A stretch of DNA of 63,666 bases, filler included, from Choristocarpus tenellus KU-1152 (Eukaryota; Protista; Phaeophyceae): the NCBI GenBank assembly GCA_964200185.2. It is 13 parts of 13 records of this genome, joined end to end, with 100 filler letters (N's around TTAATTAATTAA, not from the genome) between each part and the next. Parts side by side here need not be neighbours in the genome. Positions count along the whole stretch, not along the records: positions 38,236 to 47,249 come from CAXNAD020004082.1; positions 47,350 to 53,012 come from CAXNAD020010092.1; 11 more parts are not named here. One strand, given 5' to 3'. Both the position numbers and the translations under genes were made by a program. Under the pieces are notes generated by a model. The model did not search any database. It was not told the origin of the DNA and saw only the letters and a list, made by a program, of their open reading frames with translations. Shown piece after piece: positions 39,626 through 53,112 of the stretch. The number at the start of each line of letters is the position of its first letter. Position 1 is the stretch's first letter.

Positions 39626-42600
39626 CTGGTTTACTCCAAGAGGTCGATTGTAGGTCTGCATCTCCTCAATGGTCTTCCTCTTCACAGTGCACCACTGAGA
39701 AGTAACCGCCCGCCTGTCCTTGGTGCCAGCATACGTCAAAAACCTTTGGGAAAACCTCAAGTGCCTAGCAATTCGTGATACAGCACCCATCTGAGATGAT
39801 AATGTAAAGCGAACAGGCACACAAGGGAGTTCCATAAAAGGCAGGCATCATCAGTAAAGCGCACAAAACAATGGAGGCAGGTATCAATATTGGAAACAAA
39901 TGTTATTGTAATATACTATACATTTTACTATATTTTATTGACATTCCAGTGCAAAGGCAGAGGGGCTCATCACACGGTTTTAACCGATAAATTCACACAT
40001 GTTGTAAAACAACAACTTGAGCATCTTGGAACAGGGGGGGTATCGCTCAAACAGGTAACCTCTTCGATGGTAACATAGCCTCGTGACTGGTGTAGGGATG
40101 GTGTAGGGATATTTCAAAATAGACCAGTAAGATGCATATAGGGGTGGTTAGGGGTTAGGGCCGTCTCACAATCGTCCAATAGGATACATCCACCCTCCAA
40201 CCTAGTGATTACAATACTACAGAAGGGAGAAATAGAAGAATACATTTGCATCACTCTAAGATACAGTGTATCAATAAGGACATAACTCAATACTCCATAT
40301 GCTACCATTATCATTACATTAATATCACTCAACAGAACCAAAAGGACGAATCAGATAAAAGACTCTGACAGGTCTCTAACTGCAACAGCGACCAAGGGTG
40401 CTCTTTATCTAAGAGGGTGAAAGTACCTGCTGATGAGAATCATCAATGAACTCTTGAGACACAATTCAATTATACATACAGGAACGGCCTAGCACACGTG
40501 TAAAGAACTACTTATTTCTAGAAAGCAAAATCTAAGAATCAAGGTAAGGGTTAACAATTACCAGAAGTATATAAAATTGAACCCAACTGAATCATAGGTT
40601 CAAGAACTACTCATAGGTAGGTATTGAGTTGTACTTGTTAAACAACTGTATCAACATCTCACACCACAACAGGTGAGTACAAGATGGCATCACTGGAACA
40701 ACATCAACTACAAAGGTCACAGTCACCCATACCAAGGGAAGCCGTCTGTACCTACAGGTACCAAGCAAGCACCGGTACAAACACGACTACCCCAAGTTCC
40801 TACGCTTTTCCACATACCGTGTCCTGGTTCTCCTTGTACAGGACGAACTTGCAGTACTCAGGTCGGTCCTTGGGCCAGTAGTAGCGATCCCTGCCTTCAT
40901 TCAAATCACCCTTGCATCGCTTGTACTTCTTCCTTCGCCAGGCCTTCCTCATCTTCACCTCTATAGACTTGAAAACATCCTTGCTAGACTGGGCAGGGAT
41001 CGTTGTTATAGTCCTCGCTTCATCACCTGGTCCCTTTCCCACACCTTTGGCACTGTTCACGTCTTCAACACCGGCGGCATTTTCATTCTTCGCCTCTTTA
41101 TCGCCACCAACACTCTCTTCCCGGTTTTCCCCACCCTGAGGCTTTTCCTCTGCAGGTGGTGATGTCGTACTTGCAACAGTCTCCACAGTCTTCGCCTGGA
41201 TGAACCTGCTCAGAGTCTGTTTCATGACAGTGTACACCTTCACACAAAACGCAAACACTAGAAGGGGTCAGGGCGTCAAGCACAGGTACAAAGCATCTAC
41301 AGTCAAAAGAAGACTCATGTTGGAGCTACAGATAGGCTCTTCTACCATCAAAATCAAAAAGACATTGAATCTTTGGTGCTTTCTGATCATTTTTTTACTA
41401 GTACTCAATATGTATATATAGAGAGAGTAACAGAGCACAATATTAAAAATATATTCCCATGAAAAAACCGCCCATGTTCTCAAGGGGACGAAATAACACA
41501 CCCAAGCACATCATAGTCTGTACTACCTACCTTGAAGACCTTCCTCCTCACTTGCTGTATGATTTCTGACACAAAAAAATCATCGTGACTACTTCCATTG
41601 CCAAAACCACAGTACAAATTCAAACCGTGTCAAGGCAGTCATGATACTACTAACATTAGAAATGAATTAAAACTTACTATTATTGTGACCATTTTAATAG
41701 AGGAAGGGTTAGATGCTGCCAGGGAGGACATCAACACAACGCAAATGAAAAGCATCAATCACATATCAAGCACATCCAGGGGGTGATAGGTCTATTCTCA
41801 GTCAGTACTGTGTGGGCCTCAAAGACAATGGTGTACCATTGACAACATACCAAGCGTGTACCATTGACCATCCTATTCTTGACAGCACTGGACTCTGTTG
41901 CCACTCATCTAGCTGTTTTACAGTCACTGTGCAAGCCCTGTCTGTGAACGCCTTCCATTGCCTACGGGAATAGGGAAGTGTACTATCACAACCCTTCTGT
42001 CCCTTAGTCCACCTCAACATATCTATCCTAATAGGGAGGTTTAGAAGCAAAAGACACTTTTCATTTTTTTCTCTACCAGCCAAAGAGGATCAAACAGGTT
42101 GTACAGAGAGAACATAGGCCGCTGACTATTAATATGCACCCAAACAACATCTTCCCAAGAACCCCTACCTGGTGCTGCAATTTCAAACCAGCACACCCCA
42201 GAAAAATACAATACTCGCATAAAACAAATGAATCGTTGTTCAACTGCTGTACACAACAAAGCATTCCTTGACAAGAGCAGAAGGTTGTAGCAAATGACCA
42301 TGAGTACTCCCTTGGACCCCGTTCATTACCGCTTGAATTGACTCAAGCCTTTAGCCAGCAATGTGCTTCATGGAGCAAATGACCTCAAAATTTTGCTGAA
42401 CAATAAACAAACGCTCCACAGTAAAGGGAAGCGAGAAAATATTGCCCTGACAGCAGACACACTCAACACAGGCACTTGTTCCACACAACAGACCTAACAG
42501 AGCAATCGGTCCCTCAATGTTTGTCTTGCTTTTGGGTGCAATAAAGCCATATAAAATATATAAACCCAGACACTGCTACAGACAACAGCACTTTAGGGAC

Positions 42601-45347
42601 GAATGTGACCAAATGCCATAGGGGAGCAGTAGCGTTGAGAGGTACAATATTTTCATGGTGTGCAATCTTTCCCTAACCTCTTCCTTTGTATTGCAATATG
42701 ACCCAATAAACACACTTGTTGTGTAAACACTTGAGCGCAACAACCACTCTCCTATCAGGTACAGTATTGGACACCATCATCAGCAGGGACATTCCATGGC
42801 AGTCACATCAAGACTGACAGGTAACAAATTAGAGGTACATTTGAAAATCCTGAATGCAATCAATTTACCCTCTTTGGGGCAAGGCCCAGACCCCCCACCC
42901 ACCCACCTCACACCTGTGTTCTCAATTCCTTGTCATTGGCCGGCAACAGCAAAGGCCTTCTTGAGTCTCCCCCGCTTATTTTGGCACCCTCAAGGATGTA
43001 GTTTTTCACCTGAATGAGATAGGGTATAACACAGATAACAAAGGGTACAAAATGCACAAGAGATTTAGAGCATGGACAGGGCATGATACATACACAAGGC
43101 CAGAACTAGGGCTGGACTATTGACACTAAAGGATAAGAGGGAATACCACGTATCATACAATCATACTGCCTGTAGCTAGCACAGCAGCCTACTGTCAATG
43201 ATTGGTTGAAGATTGAACCGGCGGATTGTGAGATTAGAGAGAACATTCTTCCCATAACAACTAGAGCGCTACATTCCACCTACTGGGATATGTGGACATT
43301 TAAAAAATACAACATGTTCCCACCATACAGGCACTATTTGAAGTAATGCCACAACAGTAGGTACTCAACACTACAATAAAGTGCGATGCAGTGATAGTCT
43401 CCCATGCAGGGAAGCCTACAGCAAACATCTCCAACCATTTAGCCACTTCTTCAAGCATAGCAATACCTTAACGGATTCCCTCGTAACACAAAACAAACCA
43501 GAACAGCACAAGCATACCTCAAATCACCACGCCCAGGGCAGGGGGTTGAACGCCTCTTTATATCCGCCCAGGTAATACTTGCACCACTCTACAACTGAAC
43601 TGTACCATAGATTTTAGCACAAACCCCACCAACGAGAAGTTGAATATTTTTGCCGATTAGTTTGCAGTGTTGGTCTTTTCTCTTTGCCCTTCACTGTGTA
43701 GGAAGCATCAGAAGCAGACCAGAAGTATTTTAACACCAAATTGCATAGTAGCACTAGTTCATCTCTTCTTCTTAACACCCACACCTCGAAATTATAGCTC
43801 ATTGCTGACCACGACCGACAAAGCTAGGCAACACCTACTTACAAGATGTTTCTTAAACACCACAATACAACAGAAAGGTACAGCATACTGCAAAAGTCCG
43901 TTGAGTATTTTTCCACAAAAAATTCTTTACTGGACTGCCTCAACACCCCAAGATGACCCTCGCAAGTGAGAAGATCGTGATCGCATGAACTAACTTGACA
44001 CGCATGGCTCCTCATGAACATCTCAGCACAACCCCATCACACTCACGTCTGACGCAACAACCTCCCCTAGAAGGGGAACGAGGGCCTCAATGCCCTCCTT
44101 GATCAACGGACCAATGTCCTCCTCCTCCATCTCTTCATCTTCTTGATCAACGACGTCACCTACAGTGGCATCGGCAGCAGGAGCAACAGATTTCTCTGCA
44201 GTGCTATCCCTGGTTCCTTCTTCTTTGCCCTCCAACTCCAATTTCTTTTCTACAGTTGCTGGAACAACAGGCCCATCACTGGAAAGAGTAGGGGTAGTCG
44301 ATGGCTTCAGGATTGGGCGTAGCAATCCTGGTATATCCGTCGCGTAGCAGACATTGCCGTCGAGATCCACCTTTAGGTAGATACAGCGCGTGGTTGGAGT
44401 CGTGGTCGATTAGGGTTGTGCAAGTACTCACGAGAAGTTATTAGCGGCAAGGTAGTATAGCCACAGATTGGGTGACCAGCCAGATGATCGTGGTGAAGAG
44501 GCAGTCAGAGAGTGATAGAGCACACGAGATTTGCGGGAGCAGATTGGATTGAGAGATTGGCTTCAATAGGATGACGTTCATCATTGGAGAATGACTTGCA
44601 AACGGGGATCCACAACAAAAAACTGCCGAGTTTCGATAAATCGACACTGTTTCAGGAAAGCTGCAATAGTACAACAGTGGGCAGGACGAGAATCCAATTC
44701 AACATGTGTCGTGCACACATAACCTCTTCCAAATCACCATCGACAGCTACACTTGATGCTACTTCTGGTCTTTTTGTATGAACACCTCAAGAGTATTTTC
44801 ATCACCTCGTGGACAATAAAGTCTGAGAAGCGTTGCTTCAGGATGCCTGAGAAGCCCTTGCTGTCGCAAACAAAGGCAGATATGCCTACGTCGCCATCTT
44901 CCCGCGACTTGCCTGCAAACCAACACCAAGAGCAAGTAAGGACATCATTCCAAACCTTGCCAGCAGGTAATATCTCCTAGGAGTGTGTAATTGCCACCCT
45001 TGTGATGCAGTGTAGATGATAGTAACAAGTTGCTACAAAAAATCGAGAGGAAAAGAATTGACCAGAAAGATAGAAACAGGAACACACTCACCCATAAACG
45101 AAAGGGTTTCAGCATTGGGCTCCGCCGGTCGTCGATCATTCCAATCTTTTCCACCTCCTCCTCCTCCTCCCCATCCCCGACCTCTGCCACCTCCACCACC
45201 ACCCCTTCTGCCACCACCTCCTCGTCTACCCCCGCTACCTCCTCGTCCGCCCCATCTTCCTCGTCCACCTCGCCCCCCACGGTTTCCTCCACGCCGTCCA
45301 TCTCGACCCCCTCTACGATCTCCACCGCTGTACCCTGTACTGCTCAT
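39626..45347 (-). CDS. PUS7: Pseudouridine synthase 7 (TruD family) with RGG-rich N-terminus, 3'-partial
   Basis: Phase-consistent exons 45347-45092, 44912-44806 ([25 protein letters not shown]), 44370-44047, 43009-42914 (..DKELRTQ), 41237-40818 (..[20 protein letters not shown]) and 39790-39626 ([13 protein letters not shown], catalytic Asp motif). Confidence 0.95.
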
Positions 45348-45649
45348 CTTTCAGGATAGACTGTACAACTGGATTGTATCAGTACTGGGAAGGGGAGAAC
45401 CATACCTTCAAAAACAGGGATTGACAAACCCAAGTATATACCTCATTTCATCATTCTTACATAGAACCATCTTGTCACCATCTCACGTACGTACAGGGTA
45501 AGACCAAGTAATTCTTGTCCATGTATATAGTCTCAATTTCTATAACTTACCATTATTACCAACTCTCCCACATGTATCTTGTATATATAAAGCCAAGTAA
45601 ACAAGAGTAGTAGGAGTTACTACTATGATATGGGGTCTCTCACATATAC

Positions 45650-45930
45650 TATGGTGGATGAGCTAGCTACGCACACGGTGGGGGGAGAGGGACAGGAGGT
45701 TACAGCAGGAAGGGGGCTGTCAAATCCTGTCTACGACAGATAGTTTATGTCACAACACAGGTAGTCCTGTCCAGAAGGGTCATGCGCTTTAAGCTGGAGA
45801 CACCAGGGAGATGGTAAAGAAGGGTCTTATTAGATTCGTGGGATGACTCCCTTGCCCCTCACCCTAGAGTACAGGACTAAGCTAGGTTAGAGACACAGGA
45901 AGGGAACGGTGTAGCATAACTGGTACAAAA
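45650..45930 (+). mobile_element. 5'-truncated 3' fragment of the CRE-like non-LTR element
   Basis: Aligns by eye with ~5895-6135 (GATGAGxTxGCTAC..CAGGAA..GACA..CCAGAAG..CTAAGCTAGGTT). Confidence 0.75.
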
Positions 45931-47589
45931 ATAGCGAATAGATTCATGTTTTTCACATTTATGACACCTACCTGATACTTAGGGTTTATTCTGACATGTC
46001 AATAGTTTGTGTTGACTTTTCCCATAACACATCTACAAAATGTCAGAGGGCATGATAATATAAATATACTACATATATGAGTATATTGTTAAGAAACAAG
46101 AAATTCACTGTCCTCTCACCAAAGTTCCCAGCACCATCACCACCTATGTCAATAAATTGTGTGTGTGTGTGTGTGTGTGTGTGTTAGAGTCATCAAATAA
46201 TGTTGAGCGAAATTTCATCTCCAAGAATATGGTTGTAATAAAATACTTCATGCGGTATCTATGTTGATTGGACAAGTCACTTCTAATTGTCAAAGACCCA
46301 AAGATTCTTCTAATTGAGGTTGCCACACACAATTTGCAGGATCTTTCGAATTCCACTATATTCATTTTGCCTTTGTTAAAACCAAAATCACAAAAGCTAC
46401 TTGAACAGTGTGTTTGTATCAACTTGGTGCCACTGACTATCTGGTCTAGGATTTTGCGCCTGTATAGACAGAGCACGTACTTAATAGGTATCCCAATATA
46501 TTTTCGACAAAATCAGAGGACAGGGTACTTACTATCCGGCACAATCTGCGGGTCGTCACCCCACTAGCTACACGCACTCCCTGAGCGGTCATCTTAATCT
46601 TCGCATTTCCCCTCTTCTTTCGCCCTCGTCCTGTAGGGAGTCCAAAAAGCGGTTTAGCCAGGATCATAACCCACAACTCAGGGTCTTTGATTTCTGTCAA
46701 ATATAGGGGAATAGTATCCTAGAGGGGGGGATGTTTTGCCCAGGTTGTCCATTCAGGGTTGATGAGGTGATGCAAGATACCTCAGTTTGATGCTCGTTTT
46801 ATGGGTGATATTCCATCGGATTTAGTTCAGGCAAGAGGATTGAAAAGGAAGGTGCATTTCAGTTGAAGAAAATTACACATACATCTGACATGTTCACCCA
46901 TATGACATAGAAATCACTAAAGGGTCACACAGGCCCCCAATCGACGCCTGACCCCCCCCTCTAGGATAGTATAGCGCATAGAGACACCACTGTACCACCA
47001 GGGCAGATAAGATAGTTGCAGTGATTGCCCATGGATTACGCCAGTTACCCCAGCCTCTGATTTTGCACATGCTATACGTGGACATCTGTTACAGGAGAAT
47101 AATAGCGCGAGTATTTCTTCCCACGCTTTAACCAGCGCGAGCAGTATACACGCGTGGGGAACCCTAAAAGGGGGAACTCCGATTTGCCAAAAAGTTGCAG
47201 AATAAAGTCTGTAACTCGGATAGTTGCAAAGGGTCCCAGATGGAAAGATNNNNNNNNNNNNNNNNNNNNNNNNNNNNNNNNNNNNNNNNNNNNTTAATTA
47301 ATTAANNNNNNNNNNNNNNNNNNNNNNNNNNNNNNNNNNNNNNNNNNNNTTTATATGAACAGTGATGGACTATGTGATTAATGATGACGGGATTGGAGTG
47401 CAGGGTTCGTGTCCATGCTTGGGCTATGCAAACACTATATGAAAAGGGCGTAGTGATGCCATAGCCATGGGGACGGTGTAACACTTTGCTCGAAGGCCGT
47501 TAGTTGCTAAAAAATATGAAACTGTTAACCCGGTCGACATGGGATGAATATTGAATATGAGTATGCACCAATACTGGACGCAGCCTGGA

Positions 47590-48226
47590 AGAATTTTTAC
47601 GCGCCGACTAAGGCAACATGTTGCGAGGGCAATCATGCACAGGTTTGTGCTTGACATAGGGCAGGCAATAATGAATTAATTTCATGCATTCTGTCGAATG
47701 ATAGATGCCATCAATATCCAAAGCGCGGCAAGACTGTTGGGGTGTGTGTGTGTCGATTTGAAATAGTAATCCTGAGCAGGAAAACATTACGTCGAATCTC
47801 GAAAGTGAAAGGTGAACATGAAAGGAATTTATGCACCGACCCGGGTTAGATGTATGGAGGGCAACCACGCACAGATTTATGCTTGACACAAGGCTGATAG
47901 TAAAGAATGAATTTGATGTGTTATGTCGAACGGTTAAGGCCATCAAATTCCAAAGCGCGGCAAGACAGTTGGGGGTGTGTGTGTCCATTTGAAATAGTAA
48001 CAACCTGAGCAGGAAAATGTTATGTCGAACTGCGAAAGTGGAAGATGAAGGTGAAAGGAATTTACACGCTGACCGGTGTTGGATGTCGGGAGGGCAACCA
48101 TGCGCAGGTTTGTGCTTGACACAAGGCTGATAGTAATGAATGAATTTGATGTGTTCTGTCGAACGGTAAAGACCATCAAATTCCAAAGCGCGACAAGACG
48201 GTTGGGGGGAGTGTATGTCCATTTCC
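47590..48226. repeat. ~232-bp tandem repeat, ~2.7 copies
   Basis: GAGGGCAAYCAYGCRCAGRTTTRTGCTTGACA recurs at 47625, 47857 and 48090. Confidence 0.9.
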
Positions 48227-48834
48227 GATACGAACATTATTGGAAATCTTCCAATGGTATCGGAGCCCTTACACGTGCGTATCCAAGGTGTTACCACGTC
48301 ATCCTGAACAGACGAATGTTGCGGTGCGTGAAATTGCATCGTGAAATCTTGCTTCTATTTCGGATCAGTTGTCTGATTACTCCCAACAAATGTGACACCA
48401 ACACATGTTCCAATTTCCGAAAAAGGTTCGGTCGAATTCTCTGTAGTCATTTCATACTAAAGCCGTTGAATTGATTCTACGTTAACGTCTTTGATGCGAG
48501 GTGTGAAATCTGTAAATGGCAGATTGGGATTAGTGTTGAAAATGTAGGTGATTTATTTTCGTCAGGGCTAGGGTTGGTATCATGTGTGCTGGTCGAAATA
48601 TCTCAGTGGTACGGCCGCGTCCATTTCGCGGCCGAATTCAAGTGTTGCATATTTGCTGTCATTCTTGCCATTATTATTGTTTGGAGATGTCAGTGTCCTT
48701 TTTCCGAACACTCCTTTCCATAATGTAGACATTGCACTTCTACAAAACATTCTGGAGTAAGTACAATGTCCTTGAAAACCCGTGGGCAGCCAAGCCCCAA
48801 AGGACAACCAGCGAAAAACACGTGCCCTCTAACG

Positions 48835-49513
48835 TAGAGCATCGGATCTGAAAATGCCGGTGTTGCCACTGCTGACAGGTGGTATGCACACGGTTGTAAA
48901 GGTGACAAATACAGGGCATTGGATTTGAAATTGTTGGTGACACCACCATATGAAGCTCGTGTGAGTACACGGTTATAATAAAGCTAACGAATACAGGGTA
49001 CTGAATTTGGAAAAGCTGGTGTTACCACTGCTGACAGGTGGTATGTACACAGCTGGAAACGCAAATAAATACAGGGCATCCAATCTAATAATGCTGGTAT
49101 CACCAGCATTGACAGGTGGTGTGTACAAGGTTGGAAACGCAAATAATAACAGGGCATCGAATCTTAAAATGCTGGTGTTACCAGCGTTGACAGGTGGTGT
49201 ATACACCGTTGGAAAGCAAAATAATAACAGGGCATCGAATCTTAAAATGCTGGTATCACCAACATCGACACGTGGTGTGTACACGGTTGGAAACACAAAT
49301 GATTACGGGGCATCGAATCTAAAAATGCTTTTATTACCAACATTGACAGGTGGTGTGTACACGGTCGGAAACGCAAATAATTACTGGGCATTGAATCTAA
49401 AAATGCTGGTATTACCAACATTGACAGGTGGTATGTACACGGTTGGAAAGCTAAATAATTACAGGGCATCGAATCAAAAAATGCTGGTATCACCAGCATT
49501 GACAGGGTGTGTG
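48835..49513. repeat. 78-bp tandem repeat, ~8.5 copies
   Basis: ACAGGGCATC-like anchors at 48911, 48993, 49071, 49149, 49227, 49305, 49383 and 49461. The last unit is interrupted by the LTR element. Confidence 0.95.
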
Positions 49514-52216
49514 TGTTGAAGTATCCCACACTGGACCCGCAGCTTTGGTGCTTTAATTAATGACAAAGAACAGCTTAATGTAGATGAGCAAAGTAAATAT
49601 TACAATGGGGCTTATGGTCTCAATTCCTCTGACTGACTATATGGGTAAGCCTAGACTACCATTATTTTTTCTGTAGTGTGGGGTTTGTAATCGTCCACAC
49701 TAATTTACTATGAATCATTTATTTACTTGTCTTAAGTATAGGAAGTGTATCTTGAACATGATATAAAAACCAATCAACACTATGAGTCAGTACATACATA
49801 CTATATATGTCACTGGCTCTCCATCCTATTATCTAATCCACTGGTGGTGTCTACGTGTATCAGCAGCACTATCTACAAACACTCTCCCTTGCTGCGCAGA
49901 CACTATACACCCTGAGATTATACTTTTCTCATACTTGGAGAAAGAAACAAACTTCTGCTAACTCTCAAAAACAATGTAACAAATATACCCTAATATCAAT
50001 GTTGGCATTGGGTCTGTGTAGGTACAAAAAAATACCTCATCAATTCTAAACGTTTGTCCTGCTGCAGTCTCCCGTGGAAACATTATCGGGTACTTTCTCC
50101 TGCAGGTCCTTAGCGATGCCATGTTGCGTCTTCCACAATCCATGAAATGGCAGGATCCTTAGCGATGCATACAGAGTCTCCTACAATCAACAAAACCTCC
50201 CTAGTACATCACTACTACAGATCACTGGAACACAGATCCCACCTCATATCCACCTCCCTATTGTAGCCTCCAGTGGAAAAATGATCGGATACTTCTCCTG
50301 CAGGTCCTTGGCAATGCCATGTTGCGTCTCCCACAATCCATGAAATGGCAGGGTCCTTAGCAATACATACAGGGTCTCCTACAATCAACAAAATCTCCCT
50401 TAGTACATCACCACTACAAATCTTCGGAACAAAGTAATATGGTGGAGCTGTCACTTCCTACCTATCCTAAGAGTGAAAGTATCTTAGAGGGTACGATTTT
50501 TGCCCTGTTTGTCCATTTGGGGCTTGACTTCCCCTGGTGTTTTCATGATATTTTACCTACTCCGAAATATTTCGGAGTAGGTAAAATGTGTATGTTATGG
50601 AAAGGTGTGTCCAGAACATGGATATTGACACTTCCTAACAAACACAACAGTCAAAATTATGTCAAAATCGCAATATCAGATTTGATCCCCAAATGGACAC
50701 GGCTCTACCCTCTAAGATACTTTGGCTCTTAACACAATCTCTACGAACACATGCTGAGGTGTTTTCTACTGTGGGTCCTTAGCCATACCAAAATGCGTCT
50801 CCCACGATCCATGGAATGGTGGGTCCTTAGCAATATCATGTTGCATCTCCCACGATCCGCGAAATATCCCTAGTGTCACGCCTAAAGTGAACCTTTGGAA
50901 AAGAGTAGTACTAAGCAATTGACATATCACTGAAATAGCATACACACAAAAATGAGAAAAAAACTCTCCCTGACTTTAATAGCTCTTCTATCTAAAGTCA
51001 GTCTGCATACAACATCACAGCTGTTACTTGACTACTGTGGATATACACCAAAATATACAACAAATGGGGGCAAACTCAAATAAAATAATTTGAAAGAACA
51101 CAAGGGAAGATAGTCACAAAGGGTTAATGTTCTCAGTCACCGAAATAAGAGCTCCTGATGAAGCCTTCAAACCTTTCCACTCTCGAACTGATGTCTTCCA
51201 CCTCTCGAGATTCGGTTGGGGGAGGAGTTGTGGTCGATACCATATGCGATCCCTCCTTAGCCCTCCTTCCAGAAGGTCTTCTTGTCCTCTCCCTGGCTCG
51301 AACAGTCAGGGGATATTCGCTCACTTCGTGACCTAGCCCTGTGTATCTCGCACATCTTCCATCTTGGTCTTCATCCTTCCCCAATCTTGTAGCTCAATCG
51401 AGGTCGGGGCAGTCGTACTTGGTGCGGCCATCTTTGCCACACATAAAACAGATTATGCGACCTTTCCTCGACCCTTTCTACCAGCAGTCCACCTTCCCGC
51501 ACTCACAACCACAGCATGGCAGTTACCTTCGCCACTTGAAGAACTTGACAAGCTCCATGCTGGAAGTCTCTACCTCAACTCTATGTCCACTGCCCAGACT
51601 GATCCCCTACAGATGGTGTCGGAGCCATGAAGACCGAAGTCACAGTCATAGACTCTAAGGGTAGCTTGGGCTCTCACTGAAAAAATGACGAAGTCCTCTC
51701 CCTACGTCCCAGCGAACGTGGGGAGGTTGGCGACCCTGATGGGGTTGCTGGCAGATGTCTTGTACACAATAACAATGCTGCTCACTACCAGTCTTGTCGC
51801 TTCGCACAATGTCCCAGGAATAATCGGTTCACTACGTAGCATGTTGAAGTATCTCACACTGGTCCCGCGGCTTTGGTACTTTAATGAAGGACAAAGAACA
51901 GCTTAATGTAGATGAGTAAAGCTAATATTACAATGGGCCTTTTGGTCTCAATTCCTTTGATTGACTATGTGGGTAAGACTACAGCCTAGTCTACCATTAT
52001 TTTTTCTATAGTGTGGGGTTTGTAATCGCCCACACTATTTTACTATGAATCATTTATTTACTTGTCTTAACTATAGGAAGCGTATCTTGAACATGATAAA
52101 AAACCAATCAACACTATGAGTCAGTGCATACACACTATATATCTGCCACTGGCTCTCCATCGTATTATCTAATCCACTGGTGGTGTCTACGTGTATCAGC
52201 AGCACGATCTACGACA
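49514..52216 (-). mobile_element. Complete non-autonomous LTR retroelement (family A) with decayed gag and no pol
   Basis: Direct LTRs 49514-49881 and 51842-52216 (TG...CA) with a 5-bp TSD (GTGTG/GTGTG). Minus-strand polypurine tract AAGGGAGAG abuts the LTR at 49882-49890. Zinc-knuckle remnant CFMCGKDGRTKYDCP at ~51407-51452. Internal tandem repeats at ~50085-50420. Confidence 0.9.
50470..50729. mobile_element. Mariner-type MITE M1 nested in the LTR element
   Basis: TIRs AGAGTGAAAGTATCTTAGAGGGTA / TACCCTCTAAGATACTTTGGCTCT with a TA duplication. The empty site is visible in the paralogous copy at ~53285-53305. Confidence 0.92.
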
Positions 52217-52390
52217 GTGTGTACACTATCATGTCTCAGCCACATGCTAATACGTGCTACGTGAACGGACGATAGCCGCAACACCCGCCAAAGGCGCTAA
52301 ATCATGAAGGTTTGCTTCCGATATTGGTCATCCAGAAACGCTCCAGTGTAGGCTGCACGAAGGGCGAACGTTTCTTGTATGGGGACTCAC

Positions 52391-52702
52391 CTTCTGGTTT
52401 CCTTTGGAGGCATGGCGGGCATTCGGTGGTTGGACTAAGCCTCTCAGTTTATCACGGGATTTCTGCATCGGGTGGGCACGTTGGAAACGGGACAGGAGAA
52501 AAAAACAGAAGGAGAGAAAGAAAATGTTTTGTGCATCGAGTCAGGCCCAGAGAGGATGGCATGTCGCGGTCGGTTCACAGCATCCTCCAGCCGTACGCAC
52601 CTGATCACCTTGCACGAAGTGGAAGTCTTGTCGTATTATTACCTTCCGACACGCCCAGTATTCAGTGTCACGTACATCGCACAGGGATAGCCACAGACGA
52701 GC
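52391..52702 (-). CDS. Two candidate exons of an unidentified gene
   Basis: 52702-52643 (ARLWLSLCDVRDTEYWACRK, AAG|GTAATA) and 52462-52391 (KSRDKLRGLVQPPNARHASKGNQK, long pyrimidine tract, AAG|GTGAGT). Both phase 0. No recognisable domain. Confidence 0.35.
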
Positions 52703-53112
52703 CTGATTCTCATGTAAGGGATGCACACCTATCCTCTCTTGACCAAGAAGGTATGGTCCTTTGAAACTATTCCTTTCTTCGGTTGTATAAAACTTCACAA
52801 TAATCAATACAAGAACACCACCTTTATGGAATGTTGTACCCCTATTAAATAATAGTGCATATTTTGTGGTTATGAACAGGCCATTGCGGGTGTTCCTTTT
52901 CCTCGGAAATAAGAAAGGACTCAAAGTATCTGGGGGGGGGGGGGGGGGGGGGGTTTTGGGGGGGGGGTTTTTTTGGGCCAAAAATCTTTTTTTTTGGTTT
53001 TTATTCAAAAACNNNNNNNNNNNNNNNNNNNNNNNNNNNNNNNNNNNNNNNNNNNNTTAATTAATTAANNNNNNNNNNNNNNNNNNNNNNNNNNNNNNNN
53101 NNNNNNNNNNNN

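Noticed and set aside
45016-45501. Proline-rich (extensin-like) and Ser/Thr-rich plus-strand ORFs
   Set aside because: They are antisense shadows of the RGG-encoding PUS7 exon 1.
46144-47085. Mutator-like transposase C-terminus (GRGRKKR...RRLC)
   Set aside because: Too decayed, only one short basic motif. Not supportable without a search.
47608-48339. 243-aa minus-strand ORF
   Set aside because: It reads through a 232/233-bp repeat in shifting frames and has non-protein-like composition.
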